DNA of 63,936 nt, filler included, from Gonapodya sp. JEL0774 (taxonomy: Eukaryota): the NCBI GenBank assembly GCA_027604505.1. It is 8 parts of 8 records of this genome, joined end to end, with 100 filler letters (N's around TTAATTAATTAA, not from the genome) between each part and the next. Parts side by side here need not be neighbours in the genome. Positions count along the whole stretch, not along the records: positions 1 to 7,945 come from JADIIX010000478.1; positions 8,046 to 15,989 come from JADIIX010000479.1; 6 more parts are not named here. The stretch is one strand, 5' to 3'. The notes under the pieces are model-generated. The model ran no database searches, was not told the DNA's origin, and saw nothing but the letters and a program-made list of their open reading frames with translations. Positions within the stretch are counted from its first letter, which is position 1. Each line of letters opens with the position of its first letter. The position numbers were made by a program, and so were the translations under genes. Of this stretch, positions 1 through 11,191 are shown in pieces.

Positions 1-12
1 GGAAGTGGGTCG

Positions 13-1134
13 GTGTGGGTTGCAGGAGCAGTCAAGGTCGAGTTGCCGGCTCAGTGGATGGCTGCCGATGAAGAAGATGAGGAAGGGGAAATAGACCTGC
101 CTTTGCTGATGCGGGACTTCGGAATCGCGTTCAGACGAGCTCTTGGGGGTCGAACGAAGGTGGCATTCATCGCAGATTTGGACGTGGACATTATGCACAC
201 CTTTCTGGGCCGCCAAACGGCATTTGAGCGTATTGTGACTGCGCTGAGGTACCTGGCACCAACAAAAATGCACGTGGACCCTTCGTTCCTGAACGTCTGT
301 GAATGGAGTAGACAAGTTGGCCCGTTCCCCTCAGTGTCGGAGCTCAGCATATCTGGTGCCGCCAAGGATGAGTTCTTTGACCAGACGTTGCCACAGGCGC
401 TGGCATACGTTGAAAAGATGTTTCCCAACGTGGGTGCCATAACGATACCAAACCTTGCACTGCGACTGGGTCAGCTTGGCCAAAACCTCCAGCAAACAGT
501 ATCCACGTCGACACGACAACTTGTCACTATGATACACCAAGCGTACTTGCTGGACCCCATGGCTGGAATCCCAACCCGCCCTAATCCCCGGGTCTTTATC
601 CCCCTCCACCTGGCCGAAGCTTTCCCAAACCTTCTCCATTTCGGATATGTCGCACTCTATCCTACAATGTGGAACGAACTGGAAACACACTCGCCCGAAG
701 CCTTGGCTAATCTCGCTTCACTCCGCAGTATCTGCATTTTCATGGAGACGGAACCTGAACGGTTTTATGGTGGAGCCGCGGGAATCCGGGCTATTACGGA
801 CGGTTTTGCTCGGCACACCCCAAAACTCGAAACAATTTCTTTTGTCCTGGAGCTTCGCTCTCGCAACTATCCTACCTTAGGTGATCCTGATGAGTGGAGC
901 CTGATTGACTCTGTTTATGGGTGGGAAACCTTCATACGAAAGGTGCCCGCCAGGCGTTTTGTGATTCGCAAGAGGCCAGCAAGGAGGGACGTCATGGTTA
1001 CAATACAGAAATCGTACGCAAGGCGACTGGCGCGGATGGTGAGGGAGTGGGGCAAGGAGTGCCAGAATTTGTGGAGGGTGGACAACGAAAGGAACGACAG
1101 ACCGCTAGACAGGGTGTGCGACGGTCTATGCTAG
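13..1134 (+). CDS. Hypothetical protein with degenerate RNI-like leucine-rich repeats; probably 5'-truncated at the window start
   Basis: 373-codon open frame with a GTG start call at the edge; recurrent FPxV/FPNL/LxxLxxI motifs (GPFPSVSELSIS, MFPNVGAITI, AFPNLLHFG, TPKLETISF). Confidence 0.6.
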   Translation: MWVAGAVKVELPAQWMAADEEDEEGEIDLPLLMRDFGIAFRRALGGRTKVAFIADLDVDIMHTFLGRQTAFERIVTALRYLAPTKMHVDPSFLNVCEWSRQVGPFPSVSELSISGAAKDEFFDQTLPQALAYVEKMFPNVGAITIPNLALRLGQLGQNLQQTVSTSTRQLVTMIHQAYLLDPMAGIPTRPNPRVFIPLHLAEAFPNLLHFGYVALYPTMWNELETHSPEALANLASLRSICIFMETEPERFYGGAAGIRAITDGFARHTPKLETISFVLELRSRNYPTLGDPDEWSLIDSVYGWETFIRKVPARRFVIRKRPARRDVMVTIQKSYARRLARMVREWGKECQNLWRVDNERNDRPLDRVCDGLC

Positions 1135-1329
1135 TCCTCCTTGGCATTTATGTATATAATCATCGCGCCGTTTGAAATGTTCAGGCAATCTGGAGCGCTG
1201 TCATTGCTCAACTGAATGACTGGCTGTGTGCTGTGGTCATTCGTGCACTTTTCTCTTGGACCACAAATCCCAGGCGATCACCTTCTGCTCAGACTATTGC
1301 GACAGTTCCAAGTCTTGATTCACACGACA

Positions 1330-3802
1330 ATGGCGTCCACTCACGTTCCAGAAATGACTTCCCGTCTCTTTGCAATGGCGGACCTTGCCCAGCGCACGAT
1401 TTCAGAGACAGACGTGAAGAAGCGGAGTGGTTCGTCAAAGGAACTCATGCAGGCTTGTAAATGGCTTTTTGACTACGGTACGTTTGCTGCAATTGAATCG
1501 CGCTGTGAACAAGGAACGCCGACCCTGGTAATCTTTACCACTGTCTCGGTTTTCGTCCTGGTGATATCGTCCGCATTGGATCATAAGCCGGTCGCCGCCT
1601 CGACCCCAAACTCTTGGGTCCTGTGCCCACTCTTGTCATAGACAGTGGCATGGACGTAGAGACTATTTGGGAGCAGGTGCAGCTGAGAAACCAAGGCGTG
1701 CAGAAGTGGCTTCAGGAAAGAGTTGCAGAAGAAATTGGGGATATTGACGTTGCAGCAGACGAAGACGAAGACGAAGAAGACGAGGAGGATGAAAAAAACG
1801 CCGGAGAACTTGAAGACGAGGGATTGGAGGGGCTCGGTGAGAACGAAGTCGAGGGAGAGGCGGGTCTCGACGAAGATCAGGAGGACGGGAGCGAGCTTGA
1901 TGAAGAATTTCACACCGAAGACGAAGAAGAAGATGGATCTGGAGAAGAAGAAGAGAATGATGAGAGCCAACTTGCAGACCCCGACGAATCGGGATCTGAC
2001 GCTGAAGATTCGAACCGCCCAGTCCAATCCGCCGCGGCATCCAAGCTCTCGTCCAACTCAAACGCTGTCGTCACCGGTCTGAAAAGCACCGGCCGCGACA
2101 CGTCCATAGTCGCAGATAAATTTTTTAGACTGGAGGCGATGGAAAAGTTTGCGGAAGAGTTCGAAGAACGGGACGTGAGACGAGCGGAAAGGGCCAACAG
2201 GGCCATCACCAGAGGCAAGAAGGGAAAGGCAGAAGAGGAGGAAAGCGACGAGAGTGAGGATGGTATGAGTGAGGAAGATGACGAGGAAAATGAAGACGAG
2301 GAGGAGGGTTATGGAGGTGAGTCTTCGTATGGATCTAAGTTGCTGCAGTATTGCCACTGAACTCGTGCCCCTTCCACCATGATTGCGTTGTCCGCCGGAT
2401 CTTGTGACATCGCTCCTGTTTAGATTATCGCTTCGAAGACTTCTTTGACCCACCACCCAACCCCGTCTCGGTTCCCCCAGCACTGCCTCCCACCAGCAAC
2501 TCATCTGGCATCAACCTCTCCTTTGCGGACCGCGCTGCTGCAATGCGCTCTCGTTCCTCGGAAGAAGTTGAAGACCAGGACTATGAATTTGACCTCGACC
2601 GACCTGCTCCCAAGACCAAGAAGGGCCGCGGGAAACACAGTTTGGACGAGGACGGAGAGAATGAGGATGAGGTTCTTAGCGTAGAGGACGATGATGACCG
2701 GCCAGGCTCATCTGGCTTGGCGAACAAGGTGACGGATCTCTTCGCTTCAACCGAGGATTATACCGCCACCGCATCTCTCTCCACCAACGAGCGAGCACAG
2801 CTCAAACTCCGGCAAAAAACCGAAGCCCTCGAGAAGGAACTCACCTCGGAAAAGCACTGGGCACTCACGGGCGAGGTAACAGCGCGATCTCGACCAGTGA
2901 ACTCTCTCTTGGAAGAAGTTTTGGACTTTGACCACGCATCACGACCTGTTCCCATGGTCACCGACGAATCGGGCCGCACGCTCGAGGAAATGATCAAGCG
3001 GCGGATTCGAGATGGTGCGTTTGACGATGTACAGAGGAGAGTGGACGAACGTGCGGCCATGGAAGCGAGGGGAGCGTTCGATCCCAACAAAATACCAGAG
3101 CTTAGCGAGGAGAAGAGCAAAAAGTCGCTTGCGGAGGAGTACGAATCAGAATTCGTCAAGCAAAAGACTCTCCAGCAAGGCGGCACAATAACCACGGCAA
3201 AGGACGAACAGTTGACAAAGCAACACAAGGAGATCGACGACCTGTTCACCGTCCTGACGCGAGATCTGGACGCCTTATCGGCCTGGCACTACACCCCTAC
3301 TCCACCCAAACCCGTTCTGGAAGTACTTCCCTCTGCGGATACACCCGCGATCGCAATGGAGGAAGCCACCCCAGCACACGTTTCGAATGCGACTGCTGTG
3401 GCGCCAGAGGAGGTGTACAAAGGTCCCCGGAGAGCAGCGGAGATGAAGGCTCGGGAGGAAACGGACGCGGCTGAACGAACAAGAGAGCGGAAGCGTCAGA
3501 AGAAAATGATGAAACTGAACAAGAAGCAAAAGGCGGAGGAGGATAAGGCGCTGAAAGTTGGAAATGGAGCTCGCAAAGCTACGGATGAAAAGAAAAGTGC
3601 GCTCAAATCGCTCGTCGGGAAAAAAGGCGTGGTGGTCCTCGGGGCGGATGGAAAGGAGAAGGGGAACAAGAAAGGGAAACCAGGGAAGGGACTTTCAAAG
3701 CTCGGAACGGTTCCTGCAAGTGTCAATGCCGGTTCGAAGAAGCGGAAGGTGGAATTGGACATCGGGGATGGAGCGAAGCGGCAGAGGAATTTCAAATTGT
3801 AA
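1330..3802 (+). CDS. MPP10: U3 snoRNP/SSU processome protein Mpp10 (3 exons: 1330-1477, 1588-2316, 2424-3802)
   Basis: GT-AG splicing joins the ORFs in frame; motifs ETIWEQVQLRN, DKFFRLEAMEKF, YRFEDFFD, WALTGEVTARSRPVNSLLEE, LEEMIKRRI, KSKKSLAEEYE, LDALSAWHYTP; long acidic tracts. Confidence 0.95.
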
Positions 3803-3992
3803 ATTGAATTTATCCGCCAACATGATGTTGTTGTCTCTACACGAATACAATTATTTCGCCGCTTTATTTTGGAAAGAAAGTTCATGCGCGGAAAATTCGT
3901 ACTGTCGTGTTGGAGGATGACGTGTAACCAAGTACTTCAGCCCCCTACATAGAACCACCGTCATCTTTCACTTTTTCAAAATACCACACATC

Positions 3993-5497
3993 ATGAACCA
4001 TCGCTTCTCCATTATGCCACTTCTTGTTCTGTTGTTGTTCTATCTTCTCGGCGCACCAGATCTTTCACTCGCGGCTCGCTCGTCAGTAGCTGGAGGGATG
4101 GGGAACTTCGAGCAGTCACCTATTGTGAAGGAATCAGTAAAGAGCGCTGCAACCGCAGTGACTAAAAAGGTGCAAGAGGCAGCAGCCAGTGGGACCGACG
4201 CGGGTGTGTGTACATTGATCAGCGAGTGGCTGCATGCAACTGAGCGCGCGACCATGGACTTCAGACGTGCCGATCAAAGGCACTGATTCACAGATCACAC
4301 TTTAGACTGAACATTCTTTTCTTTTTGATGTTAGCTCAAACCGCCGTGTCGACCGCTACAGCAGTTGCAGAGAAGGTTGCAGAAGGTGCTCGTCAAGCGG
4401 GTAAACTCGTGTACGACCACGGTCAGTTGCAATTGGCAAGTTCTTAAAATCATGTACTTGCTGACCAATATCCTCTTGCAACTGGCTCTTAGTTGTTGGG
4501 AAGGCAGAAGATATTGCGAGTGTTGGTAGTGATGCCACGTCTGTTGGTGCAGAGAAGGCGAAGTCTGCTGGATCGCAGGGTAAGTTCGTTAAGATCTCTC
4601 CACTGAGTACATTCCATGCAACTAGAGCTAATGACCATGTTGGGCTCTTTATCGGCTTCAAAAGCCACAAGCTTGGCGAAATCCGCTGCCCAGTATGCTG
4701 CTCAAGGTGGATCTTCAGGCGCAAGTCACGCTACTGCCAGCGCAAAATCCGTAGCCGAGCGGGCCGCCGAAAGTGGTGCGTGAAAAGGCATTGATGCAGT
4801 TTTCGCTCATCTTTCGCGTTGATATGACGAGTTCCAACAGCTCGCTCCGTGGCCGCGTACGCCGATGTTGCGGCACGCTCCGCTACGGAGAATGTATACA
4901 CGTTGATGAGCAATGTGGTAGATGCGGGAGCCTCCCTGGGTGCAAAGGCGACTGTCGAAGCAAAGGAACAGGCGTCCAAGGCTACCTCAGATGGTGAGTT
5001 GCTCCTCTGGAGGCGAGCATACGGGAAGAGGACAGTGCCATTCCATCCGCTGGTCCATTCTTGAACCCTTTTTTTTGTTTGTTAACAATTTACAGTTGCA
5101 TCTGCGACTGAAAAGGTTCGCGCTTATGGCGGCTCGGCGGCGGATGAGATTAGTTCAGCAACTGAGAGGGCCACCGATTCCGCAAAGTCTATCGCTACTG
5201 AAAATGGCATATTGGCTTCTTCATCAGGTGAGCGTGCAAATAGTTTCATCTCGTCTCTTCCACTTGGACCTGAGCGGTGATGTTCCAGCCGAGAGCGTGG
5301 CGACAGGGATCGCTGGCGCTGCAAGTCGGGTCTTTCACGCTGTCCCCTCTCTTGCTTCGGAATTATTAGATAGAGTCGGACTTGGAAGTGATCGCGAGGG
5401 GGGAAGGGAAGGATACGATGCGAGTCTGCCAGTGCAGGAGAAGATTCCAAAGATCAAAGTTCTTGTCCCACAAGACTCTGTTAAGGAGGAGCTTTAG
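3993..5497 (+). CDS. Ala/Ser/Thr/Lys-rich LEA-like protein with signal peptide and C-terminal KEEL (7 exons: 3993-4203, 4335-4400, 4493-4579, 4665-4775, 4841-4993, 5096-5227, 5289-5497)
   Basis: N-terminal hydrophobic leader MPLLVLLLFYLLGAPDLSLAA; six GT-AG introns, all phase 1, give one continuous frame ending VPQDSVKEEL-stop. Confidence 0.75.
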
Positions 5498-5725
5498 TGA
5501 CTGATGTGCATCTTCAGTCACATAATACTTTAGTTTTGTGAGGGAATGTGTGTAAAGTGGGAATGCACTTTGGCCCGTAGTGGTGATCGGACAGCACCGA
5601 TAAACCCTTGACAGCTCGCGACTACCCAGCTCGAAGGCAAGCGGTCAGTTCTAAACTATTAATACACTCACGCCTTCAACTTTTGCGAGCTGTGATCGCT
5701 GCCTCACCAATGTCAATGATCGCAG

Positions 5726-7891
5726 ATGTTCAACCCACCTGCCAAGATCTTTCTTCCTCATCCTCCGTCCCCGGATGTGCTGCCCAGGTCATCATTACCA
5801 CCTGAAGTTCTGGAGTTCATAATCTGGCATGTTGTGACTCCTTCAGACCTCTACTCCTGTGCCCTCGTGAACAAGACGTTCGCGATAATTGCAGTTCCAC
5901 AACTGTGGACGACGGCGACATTGGATCTGTCAGACGATGGCGTCAAGAGAAAACCGCTACCGCCATCCATCATGGCAGTTCTTCGTCAAGGGACCGGAGG
6001 CTCGAATACCATGAACAACTATAACCCCCGCGTACCGGCCCGCGATCATGAGCGGAACCTTTCCTTCAATTACCCGTCCTTTCTTCGACGTTTGGCGGTA
6101 CGAGGTCGCAGAGCAGAGGACATTTTGCCAGTTTTCGAGTTGTGTGGGCCGCAGCTTGTCGCGTTGGATATCAGAGGGATTGTTTTTTCGAGTCAGGAAC
6201 AGCTTTCTTTCGGCAGTTCCAAATGCATCTTCACGTATCTAGAAGAGGAACCTGTGGTTCAAACCATGGAAAGCACTACTGCTACACTGATTTCTGGAGT
6301 GGTGGGATCGGAGAATGGGACACATTTGCAACGGACCCCGCACTCACGGGCTCGCAGTTTAAAGGGGAAGGCATCGCAGGCGTCAAGTCCTTTTTCTTCG
6401 CCCTTGAGTGGCCTTCGCTCTAGCAAGTTGGCTGTGCTTGATGCTTCGGAAGCTTGGGTAGACAAGTCGGTCCGTCAGCAAAGCCGAGGAAGTACCACGC
6501 CCAAACCACGGAAATCTTCCTTAGCGAATCGTGACGCCACAGAGACTCTTGCGCTCTCGCTTAGGTCTGCATTGTGTGATGCGGTGTTTTGGCGATCCAT
6601 TGCAGCCTGTTGTGGGCGGTCTTTGCGGTCTCTGAAAGCATTCCGAACACTTACATCCCCCTCGGACATTCGGGATTGGATTTTTCCACACTTCTCGAAT
6701 TTAGAAGTGCTAGGACTGGGCTCTGGCGCTGTTGGATTACAGGGACTGGAGGTCGGCACCCCGCATGGGTTGGTGCACCGGTTGAGCTCGCGCGGTCTAC
6801 TGGAGTCGCTCATAGATGCAACGAAAAGGGATTTACTAAGAATAGCAGCAGCAGGTACACTTCCGGGACCTACATCATTTCTCAGAACGTTGCGAACGCT
6901 CGAAGTGGATTCACCTACCATTCCAGATCTTGGTTGCCTCCTTCCATTGCTGCCGCAATTGGAAACACTCAGGGTTTCTAACGCCACCTCACTTTTTCTC
7001 CGGGAAATCTCCAGTCAATTTGTAACCTCGGACGAGGAAGACGAAGCATCGGACTTCCCTCTCCCACCTGCCCTTAACTCACAATCGCAGGGCATAGCTT
7101 TACGTCCCTTTGGTGAATCAGGTGTCAGCTCTCTATTTATTTCAAGTGATGACATCTCCCGCTGGCGCACCGAACATGTCTTTTCTCGGTCACCGCTTGC
7201 GGGAACACTCCGCCAGGTCACCATCGTATCTTCCCGTCAGTGCCTTCACCGTGATACCTTCCAACGCTTTCTCTCCACCTCTGTATCCGATCTCGTGTGC
7301 CTTGAAAGTCTGGAACTCCGAGTGGGAACGGGCAGGACCGTGGACGACAATGAGCTTGCATTATTTCTCGGCAGCATCAAAGCGGTCAAAGACAGGACGC
7401 TCAAGAGGTTGATTTTACCACCAGGGGATACATACCATAAGGAATTCGGTGTGTACGCGGGAAAGAAAACCATGGAGGTTCTTACAGTCGCCAACAGCAC
7501 CATGGCGCAGTCAGCACTCACAGAGATAGAACTCGCCGTAGAGCCTAGTCTGCATTACACCTCTGGTAAGAGTATGGATGTTCTACGAGGTCTCATCGAG
7601 ATGCCGCAGATAGAGCATATCACGATATGGAACTTCCGACAAGCAGCTTGGGATGAACTTTCGCAACGGATCGCCGATAATTGGTCAAGCACAGTCAAGG
7701 ATCAAAGAAACCACCCTCGCAAGCCCTGGTACCTTGAACTGCCCTTGTTTTGGACTTCGCAGATTGGGTATTCCCTGAAAAGGATGGAACGCTGGACGGA
7801 AGGAGGCGATGGCGAGCACTGCGGTGTTTTGGAAGTGAAGACGAGACAAGCAGTAAAAGAAGTGCGGGAGGTACTGCGAGAGTGGGTCTGA
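5726..7891 (+). CDS. F-box-like / RNI-like LRR protein, single exon
   Basis: 721-aa ORF; N-terminal SLPPEVLEFIIWHV..DLYSCALVNKTF...AVPQLW matches the fungal F-box-like pattern, followed by LxxLxL repeats. Confidence 0.8.
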   Translation: MFNPPAKIFLPHPPSPDVLPRSSLPPEVLEFIIWHVVTPSDLYSCALVNKTFAIIAVPQLWTTATLDLSDDGVKRKPLPPSIMAVLRQGTGGSNTMNNYNPRVPARDHERNLSFNYPSFLRRLAVRGRRAEDILPVFELCGPQLVALDIRGIVFSSQEQLSFGSSKCIFTYLEEEPVVQTMESTTATLISGVVGSENGTHLQRTPHSRARSLKGKASQASSPFSSPLSGLRSSKLAVLDASEAWVDKSVRQQSRGSTTPKPRKSSLANRDATETLALSLRSALCDAVFWRSIAACCGRSLRSLKAFRTLTSPSDIRDWIFPHFSNLEVLGLGSGAVGLQGLEVGTPHGLVHRLSSRGLLESLIDATKRDLLRIAAAGTLPGPTSFLRTLRTLEVDSPTIPDLGCLLPLLPQLETLRVSNATSLFLREISSQFVTSDEEDEASDFPLPPALNSQSQGIALRPFGESGVSSLFISSDDISRWRTEHVFSRSPLAGTLRQVTIVSSRQCLHRDTFQRFLSTSVSDLVCLESLELRVGTGRTVDDNELALFLGSIKAVKDRTLKRLILPPGDTYHKEFGVYAGKKTMEVLTVANSTMAQSALTEIELAVEPSLHYTSGKSMDVLRGLIEMPQIEHITIWNFRQAAWDELSQRIADNWSSTVKDQRNHPRKPWYLELPLFWTSQIGYSLKRMERWTEGGDGEHCGVLEVKTRQAVKEVREVLREWV

Positions 7892-7945
7892 GAGCAGATT
7901 TGTATGTGGGCTGTATTACATGAATGGAGAAGTGGGGAGGGTCCA

Positions 7946-8045
7946 NNNNNNNNNNNNNNNNNNNNNNNNNNNNNNNNNNNNNNNNNNNNTTAATTAATTA
8001 ANNNNNNNNNNNNNNNNNNNNNNNNNNNNNNNNNNNNNNNNNNNN
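7946..8045. other. Artificial contig spacer
   Basis: 44 N + TTAATTAATTAA (stops in all six frames) + 44 N. Confidence 0.99.
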
Positions 8046-8348
8046 TTTGCACCAGTTATGAACACAAAATCTTGGCATGCTCTTTTGGCTATAGCCGCAG
8101 AGAATAACATGAAGATACGTCAGTCTGATATTTCAAATGCCTTTGTCCATGGAGAGCTTCAGGAAGAAGTTTACATGGAGCAACCACATGGTTTTGAAGA
8201 AGTGCCAGGGAAAGTATGCCTTCTCATCAAATCTCTGTATGGACTGAAGCAATCAGCAAATGTATGGTTTGAGAAATTGAGGGGTATTCTACTGTCAATG
8301 GGGTTCACTCACTTGCAGTCTGATCATGTGGTCTTTGTCAAGAAAGAT
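8046..8348 (+). mobile_element. Ty1/copia reverse transcriptase fragment
   Basis: FAPV...QSDISNAFVHGELQEEVYMEQPHGF...VCLLIKSLYGLKQSANVWF; similarity stops after VFVKKD, before the YVDD motif. Confidence 0.92.
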
Positions 8349-8610
8349 GTTGTCAGGAGCGTCAACATAGAGTCAGTTCAAAAGAACCAGAATCTCGGTT
8401 TGAGTTGGCCCTAAGATGTGAATCCACAGACTTTCCCCAATGTGGACAAAAATGCAGTGGACTGCAAAGTTGTCCTGCATAAGGAAACAGTTCCAAAAGG
8501 GGCCCCATATTTGTTCTGCTGTTGTGTACTTTGCATTGCAGTGTTTACTGACAGCCTTTGAGGCTTGAGCATGGCTCCAGAATATTTTTGCTCCAGTTTC
8601 ATGTTGGGGT

Positions 8611-8781
8611 TGTTGTGGTATTGACACCTTGCACGTGACCACAGCCTACACATGTATATAAGGCACAACTAGGACCACATAATAAGATCACACTTCATAT
8701 CATCTCACACTCCAGGCCTATCACTAGCCACCATCCCGTCATAGAGGGCTGAGACTGATACGTAGTGACAGCCCCACTACA
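8611..8781 (+). repeat. 5' LTR (about 171 bp)
   Basis: Starts TGTTGTGG; first 71 nt match 15919-15989 with 2 mismatches; TATA-like TATATAA inside; end inferred from CCACTACA, a 7/8 inverted match to the start. Confidence 0.8.
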
Positions 8782-9266
8782 GTTTGGGGGGACAACTGTG
8801 CTCTCGATCCAGAGACACCACCAAAAAGAGTCACAAAAAGTAGCAAAAAGCTGTCAAAGACTCATACACTATAGTGTAAAGCAAAACACAATGTCACAAG
8901 ACGTTTTCCTGTCAAAACAAACCCCCATCAAGGATCGCAGACCGTCAGAAGACGTTGCGATCACTCAAGTTACCAAAAACATCAAAAAGACAGAAGTCAG
9001 CAAACGTACTGACTTTCCATCGCAAAAAGCGACGGCAAACAGCCATCATCATTATACATAATAGTTTTAAAGCTATATTTAAGCGATCGAGTCGCTCAAA
9101 CTCGCAAAATTGTTCAATCACCCACCAGTGTATAACGACTCTGTCACCAAAACGGACTCAAAACACCAAATATAGTTCCAAAAGAGCTATCCAAAAATAC
9201 AAACCATACTGAAAACAATAAAAGAACATCTTTGACCGATCAATTGTTCCTTAACCCCATACGCCA

Positions 9267-9829
9267 ATGCATAATGCTAGGTCAAAAGGGGGGGACAACC
9301 ACGTGAATAGCAACAGCAAAAAACGCCAACGCTCTGACCTGTTGAGATATGGGTGGTTTGACATTTCGGATGGCTCTAGCGCCGCGGGGAGTTGGAATTC
9401 TGGGATAATAAATGGAGCAAAATTACTCGTCGTAAAATTTTCTACAAGTTTGTCCTTTACAGTTTTGTCATAGCGTTATTGGTTAGTGAGCTACACTAGG
9501 GAACGTGGGTAACTTGGTGCACACACTTGGGGACGGTACTATGGTCGTCGGATAAACTAGATTAAGCCTTTTTGGGCGAGCGTGTTTTCGAATACATATA
9601 TCACACCGCTTAACATGACCCGTCACAAGACTGTGACAGTGGCTCTGCAAAACGCTTCATGCCATACAAGAGTTGTAATGGTCAAGGTTCTTGGCACGCC
9701 AACCAATCAAATGGCTGGTCAAGCTCCGCCAACCAGGCTCAACCGCGTGATAGGGAGACACACACCACCGAAACTTGCGAGCGATGCGGCAAGGGTGGAC
9801 ACAGCGTGGCAAAGTGCCGGACTAGCTGA
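9267..9829 (+). pseudogene. CCHC zinc-knuckle ORF of the gypsy element, interrupted by the solo LTR
   Basis: With 9340-9620 removed the frame reads ...KKRQRSDPSQDCDSGSAKRF...CERCGKGGHSVAKCRTS-stop (C-X2-C-X4-H-X4-C at 9776-9817). Confidence 0.75.
9340..9615 (-). mobile_element. Solo LTR (276 bp, probably copia-type) inserted in the gypsy element
   Basis: Termini TGTTGAG...CTTAACA flanked by a perfect 5-bp target-site duplication TGACC (9335-9339 and 9616-9620); removing it restores a reading frame. Orientation is inferred. Confidence 0.85.
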
Positions 9830-11191
9830 GATAACATCAACCAAAACTCTAAAGAGTCTGGTTCGAAGTAAGTAGATGGTACTACGAAATGGAGTACGTA
9901 TACCAAAACCTGTAATAGCGCAGATGCTATAATAATACCCAATACTTTATCAATTATAATTGGTATAACGCAGGAAGCACAACCTGTATGAGAGTAAGCA
10001 AAAAGCTGGTTGGAGTATTCGCTAAACCCTGGTCCACAGGATCAGATCAAATCACACATCGCGACCTGACTTTGACTTGCATCAACTCATTTCTTAACGG
10101 TGAAACCGGTAACATGCAATTTATACATTTCGCAAAGAAATTGTACGCGACATGCTACTGCCATACTCGAAAAGTTGGGTGCCAATCCACACAACGCTCA
10201 TCCGATCATGCGCGGCCCAATGAGTTGATAAATCACAGTATCAAAAATTCTATGAAAAAGTTGTCATCAACCGCGCAGGCGACTCAGGTCGTGTAGGGGA
10301 GTAAGGTCTGTGTCAGCCTATGAGCTGCACAGAATAATTCACTAAAACCCGGAAAGGTGTCGAAATACCTCCAAAATTTAAACATGACATCTTCGCAATG
10401 TCTCAAACGTTTCCAGAAAATGCCCCACAGTCTGGGATTCAGGGGTGTCCGCAAATTGGACTGTTGGTGGAGGGTGCACCAACATCTGTGCCACACCGCC
10501 GTCTTCCCACCCAAAACGTTCGCAAAACTCACTGACAACTTACATACATACAACACATTAAACACCAAAATCATATTTTATATATTCTTCAATGCTCAAG
10601 CATTGTATTGTTCATATCCGTAAGACGAGCCAGTGCCACAAAAATGGGCTCGCAGACAAAACCAAGTGTCACAATGCGTGAACGCACTTAACCTGCAGAC
10701 ACGCTCCAAGGGTATTAAGCTCGAAATGCGTAACACACATTTCCCGTAGATTGCCCCCCAGGTGCCACGCCTCAAACGTGTGCGGCTAAGGGCATGGCAA
10801 CAGCTAGGCGAGAGCAGCTGGCAGGCAATGACAATATACGTATTGTGGTTTTGGGAAGCCCAGATGTCAAGCGTAGCAGGCGGCTAATGGTGGAACAACA
10901 AGCAGAGCCGTAGTAGACTCACTTGCCATTCAGATGGTCGTCCTATGCAGTGCCCAGTGGACGGACCCGTACACGTGTTACCATGATTGCGAACTGTTTC
11001 AATGCAATTCATTGAGCTAATACTATGTCGTTTTACATTTTGAATGCACTTGTGCGCAGCAAAGTTCAACCGACTTGACCAGCCCAACTGAGCTAGGCCG
11101 GAGTCCTCCTCAGCTGCATAGCACAGGTTCGCGGTTGGGGGGTTATTTACCCTGGTATTGATCAACCGTTTGTGGATGGCACACTTGAAAG

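Noticed and set aside
1581..3885. Long antisense ORFs over MPP10 (and similar ones over SLA2 and the ANK-SH3 genes)
   Set aside because: Shadow frames caused by low-complexity acidic or coiled-coil coding sequence on the opposite strand.
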